From positions 1 to 53,933 of IMG/VR virus record IMGVR_UViG_3300027973_000070: 53,933 bases of DNA; one strand, written 5' to 3'. This DNA is from a virus (Duplodnaviria > Caudoviricetes). This document shows positions 51,620 to 53,933 of this stretch, piece after piece. Under the pieces are notes generated by a model, which searched no databases, was not told where the DNA came from, and saw only the letters and a list, made by a program, of their open reading frames with translations. The position numbers were made by a program, and so were the translations under genes. Positions within the stretch are counted from its first letter, which is position 1. Every line of letters starts with the position of its first letter.

Positions 51620-51961
51620 TTACCCCACGTTTCGTTCAAAATGCGGACAGTCCACCAGCGATTTAAATGACCCGCCCCACAAATTTTTGGGGTGCAAAGA
51701 CTCCCAGTAAGCGCCCAGCGGAGCAATGATGCCCTTGTCCCAGATTATCTTCCCATCCTTGAAGAAGTTCAAGTCGATGGCACACCTCTTGAGGTGGATG
51801 GAGTTCATGGTCTTCGAGCGACCTGTTTTGAAATAAATGGCTTGCTGTTCGGGTGTGCGGGCCAACTCCCCACCAGTGACCATAAAACCCTGCTCAGTGG
51901 CGTGCTGGATAAGTTTGCAGACATCCAGCAGGAAAGCGGCCTGCTCTTGACTGAGGCTCAT
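51620..51961 (-). CDS. Endolysin, M15-family (L-Ala-D-Glu) peptidase
   Basis: RTPEQQ, SIH..RCAIDL, WGG.F...DCPHFE; GAGGAG RBS before MSLSQEQ. Confidence 0.85.
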   Translation of the reverse strand: MSLSQEQAAFLLDVCKLIQHATEQGFMVTGGELARTPEQQAIYFKTGRSKTMNSIHLKRCAIDLNFFKDGKIIWDKGIIAPLGAYWESLHPKNLWGGSFKSLVDCPHFERNVG

Positions 51962-52476
51962 TTTCGACTCCTCATGTCCGCCAGCTTTTCGATTGTCCGT
52001 CCGCCAAAGTAAGCACCCATAATCAGCATCCCCCATTGCCCTAGCAACTGGACATAGGACTCATTGGCGTTCAGGCCGAATGCAGACATCATGGCGAAGA
52101 TGAAGTACCCCACGAAGATGGCTACAAGGCTCATAGGGCGAATATTTTTGGACAGCCATGAGTCACTACCCATGTCCGCCTTCCAGCGGTCTGTGACGTT
52201 GTTATCCTCGTTCTGAGAGGCCAGAGCAAATACCTTGAGTTCCTCCAACTCAGCTTGGGCTTTCATAATCCCAAGTTCAATCAACCGCTCTTCGTGGTCG
52301 TATTGCAACTGGCGCAGTTTGCTGACCTCTTCAGGGCTGGGGTTGTCGGAAATCTTCACGCCCAGTGCGTTTTCAACAACTTCTTTGCCCTTGGCCTGAA
52401 GCGCAGATGACAAGAGGCCCAGACCGTTCTGAGCCAATGTACCGAGGAGGGATGCAACAATTGGAATCATGGTCAC
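51958..52476 (-). CDS. Holin (3TM-type)
   Basis: DSWLSKNIRP, two C-terminal TM segments, AYFGGRTIEK; adjacent to the endolysin. Confidence 0.75.
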   Translation of the reverse strand: MTMIPIVASLLGTLAQNGLGLLSSALQAKGKEVVENALGVKISDNPSPEEVSKLRQLQYDHEERLIELGIMKAQAELEELKVFALASQNEDNNVTDRWKADMGSDSWLSKNIRPMSLVAIFVGYFIFAMMSAFGLNANESYVQLLGQWGMLIMGAYFGGRTIEKLADMRSRK

Positions 52477-52928
52477 CCTTTAAGGTCAAAACTTAAATTT
52501 GCATGGCGAGGGTATTGAACGACACGCTCACCCTCGGGGCATTTGTATTTGATGGTTGCCAGCAACGTAGCTGTGCCAAGTGCAATCTTTTCTTTTCGCA
52601 CCATCGTCAACTGGTATGAAAAAGTATCAATCTGTGGCCCCGCTGGGCCGCTGAACTTGCTTGCGGTGGTGGTCGCCTCATGCACCATACCTGCGGCATC
52701 ACGGATGCTTGGGGTAAAACTCTCAACAGAGCAGTCGTCCCGCTTTTTGATTCGGGCCACTGTGACGTTGATGGGCTGTCCAGCATCTGCCACAATTTTA
52801 AAATGCTCTGGTGACCACTCAAGGATGGCTCGGTCAAACCAACCAAACTTGTCGGCAAGCGTGTAACCGCCGCCGATGGCTGCAATGCTGGCTGCGACTG
52901 CTCCAATGGCTTTGGTGAGGTCAATCAT
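52473..52928 (-). CDS. Membrane-anchored lysis-region protein
   Basis: N-terminal hydrophobic segment, two Cys. Confidence 0.55.
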   Translation of the reverse strand: MIDLTKAIGAVAASIAAIGGGYTLADKFGWFDRAILEWSPEHFKIVADAGQPINVTVARIKKRDDCSVESFTPSIRDAAGMVHEATTTASKFSGPAGPQIDTFSYQLTMVRKEKIALGTATLLATIKYKCPEGERVVQYPRHANLSFDLKG

Positions 52929-52930
52929 TT

Positions 52931-53098
52931 TTACCGATGCAGCGTCAAGCTGGCATAGACGATTGCAGACATGGAAAAGATGAGCACCCCGGCGGTCTTG
53001 ATGAGGATGCCCTCCAGTCGCTTGAGCCGTGCGTTGATTTGCGCGTACCGTTCGGCGCAGACCTGTTCGTGTGCTGAGAATTGTGTTTCAAGGCTCAT
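52931..53098 (-). CDS. Small coiled-coil plus TM protein (XhlA/holin-like)
   Basis: HEQVCAERY..I..RLKRLE plus hydrophobic tail. Confidence 0.65.
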   Translation of the reverse strand: MSLETQFSAHEQVCAERYAQINARLKRLEGILIKTAGVLIFSMSAIVYASLTLHR

Positions 53099-53234
53099 CT
53101 TTGGCTTTCTGAACTTGCGTCTCGGCCTGCTCTTTGATTTTGACAATCAGAGGCCACACGCCTGACTTGCTGGGCAACTCGCCAAGCGTTTGCAGGACGA
53201 AGTTGATTTCGTTTACGTCGAGTTCTAGGTTCAT
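53088..53234 (-). CDS. Small fibre-associated protein (48 aa, not in track)
   Basis: [21 protein letters not shown]...LIVKIKEQAETQ. Confidence 0.6.
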   Translation of the reverse strand: MNLELDVNEINFVLQTLGELPSKSGVWPLIVKIKEQAETQVQKAKDEP

Positions 53235-53536
53235 GCTTGGCTCCACGGAGTTCCGGTGGCGGTTACGGGGTTCTTCTGCAACTCAATCTGCTGTGCCAGT
53301 GCTGCCTCGGTAGCGTCTTTTGAAACTCCGCTGTCCCATACCCACTGCAAGACTTCCGACATTGTTACCTCGGAATAGGGGATAGTCGGTGTGCCATCAG
53401 CCCATGAACAGGTTGACCAGATGGATGCGGTGTAGCCCTCGTCTACTGCTGTGGCAGTCCAGTGGGCACAAAAAATAAACTTGTCAGAAGTCTGATAGTT
53501 TGTTTCAGTAATTACCCATTTATAAGAGATTGACAT
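53231..53536 (-). CDS. Tail-fibre-associated protein
   Basis: [30 protein letters not shown]. Confidence 0.75.
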   Translation of the reverse strand: MSISYKWVITETNYQTSDKFIFCAHWTATAVDEGYTASIWSTCSWADGTPTIPYSEVTMSEVLQWVWDSGVSKDATEAALAQQIELQKNPVTATGTPWSQA

Positions 53537-53933
53537 TTTGTGCTTCCTTTTTTAAATTCCAAGGCTGTGCAGATGAATGCACCGATACGCCGCCTACCGA
53601 CTTAGAACCTTCTTCGGTTCCAATTTTTGCTTGTTTTGAACAATTAAATCTTGCCGATGTAATCATCATATTCCAAGGCACATGAAGACCGCATACATTT
53701 TTTCCTTGCAACGGAACAATATGGTCTACATGAAGTTTAACCCCAAAGTCTTTTTGCATTTTCTTTTTAAACACATAAATGCCATGTATCCAATTTTGAA
53801 TTATTGGGTCATTTTCAAAAATATTTCTTTTGTAAAATTCTCTTTTACCTTTGCTGTCTTTTTTTGCGTTTGATTTTTGTCTTGACTTAACAGCGCACTT
53901 TGAACAAGAGTTATTGCAAGAATATCGCGTTTT
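53520..53933 (-). CDS. HNH homing endonuclease, 3' part (start at 443 across the junction)
   Basis: [21 protein letters not shown]...N.SK; frame open from the window end. Confidence 0.85.
   Translation of the reverse strand, partial: KTRYSCNNSCSKCAVKSRQKSNAKKDSKGKREFYKRNIFENDPIIQNWIHGIYVFKKKMQKDFGVKLHVDHIVPLQGKNVCGLHVPWNMMITSARFNCSKQAKIGTEEGSKSVGGVSVHSSAQPWNLKKEAQNVNLL
53800..53933. repeat. Terminal direct repeat, copy 2
   Basis: Matches 1-134 with one mismatch. Confidence 0.95.

Noticed and set aside
1-53933. Stop-codon reassignment
   Set aside because: Long genes are intact under the standard code, and TAA, TGA and TAG all end well-supported genes

Overview
The window is an apparently complete, circularly permuted genome (~53.8 kb) of a tailed dsDNA phage. 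Positions 1-134 repeat at 53800-53933 with one mismatch. It looks like a short-tailed, P22/BPP-1-type virion with ejected internal proteins. A proteobacterial host is inferred from the gene families only. Most genes are on the minus strand: a Cro-like regulator, two DUF1376/YdaU replication proteins, a DNA methyltransferase, RusA, many small early ORFs, TerS, TerL, a 1631-aa polyvalent protein, portal, GroES, scaffold, major capsid protein, tail and fibre genes, a lysis cassette and five large internal virion proteins. A short plus-strand operon (33775-36600) encodes an SSB-like protein and an exonuclease. I saw no integrase, CI repressor, DNA polymerase, CRISPR array or canonical tRNA. Highlights: (1) a TerL intein whose HNH homing endonuclease is encoded as a separate, fully nested gene in another reading frame, with its own RBS and promoter-like sequence; (2) an HNH gene spanning the circular junction, missed by the ORF track, that interrupted a tail gene and carries a recoded replacement 5' end; (3) a short [hydrophobic/K]-x-x-G-G motif repeated about 30 times across several virion proteins; (4) several candidate structured RNAs, one of them tRNA-like. 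All product calls come from motif recognition by eye, without database searches.
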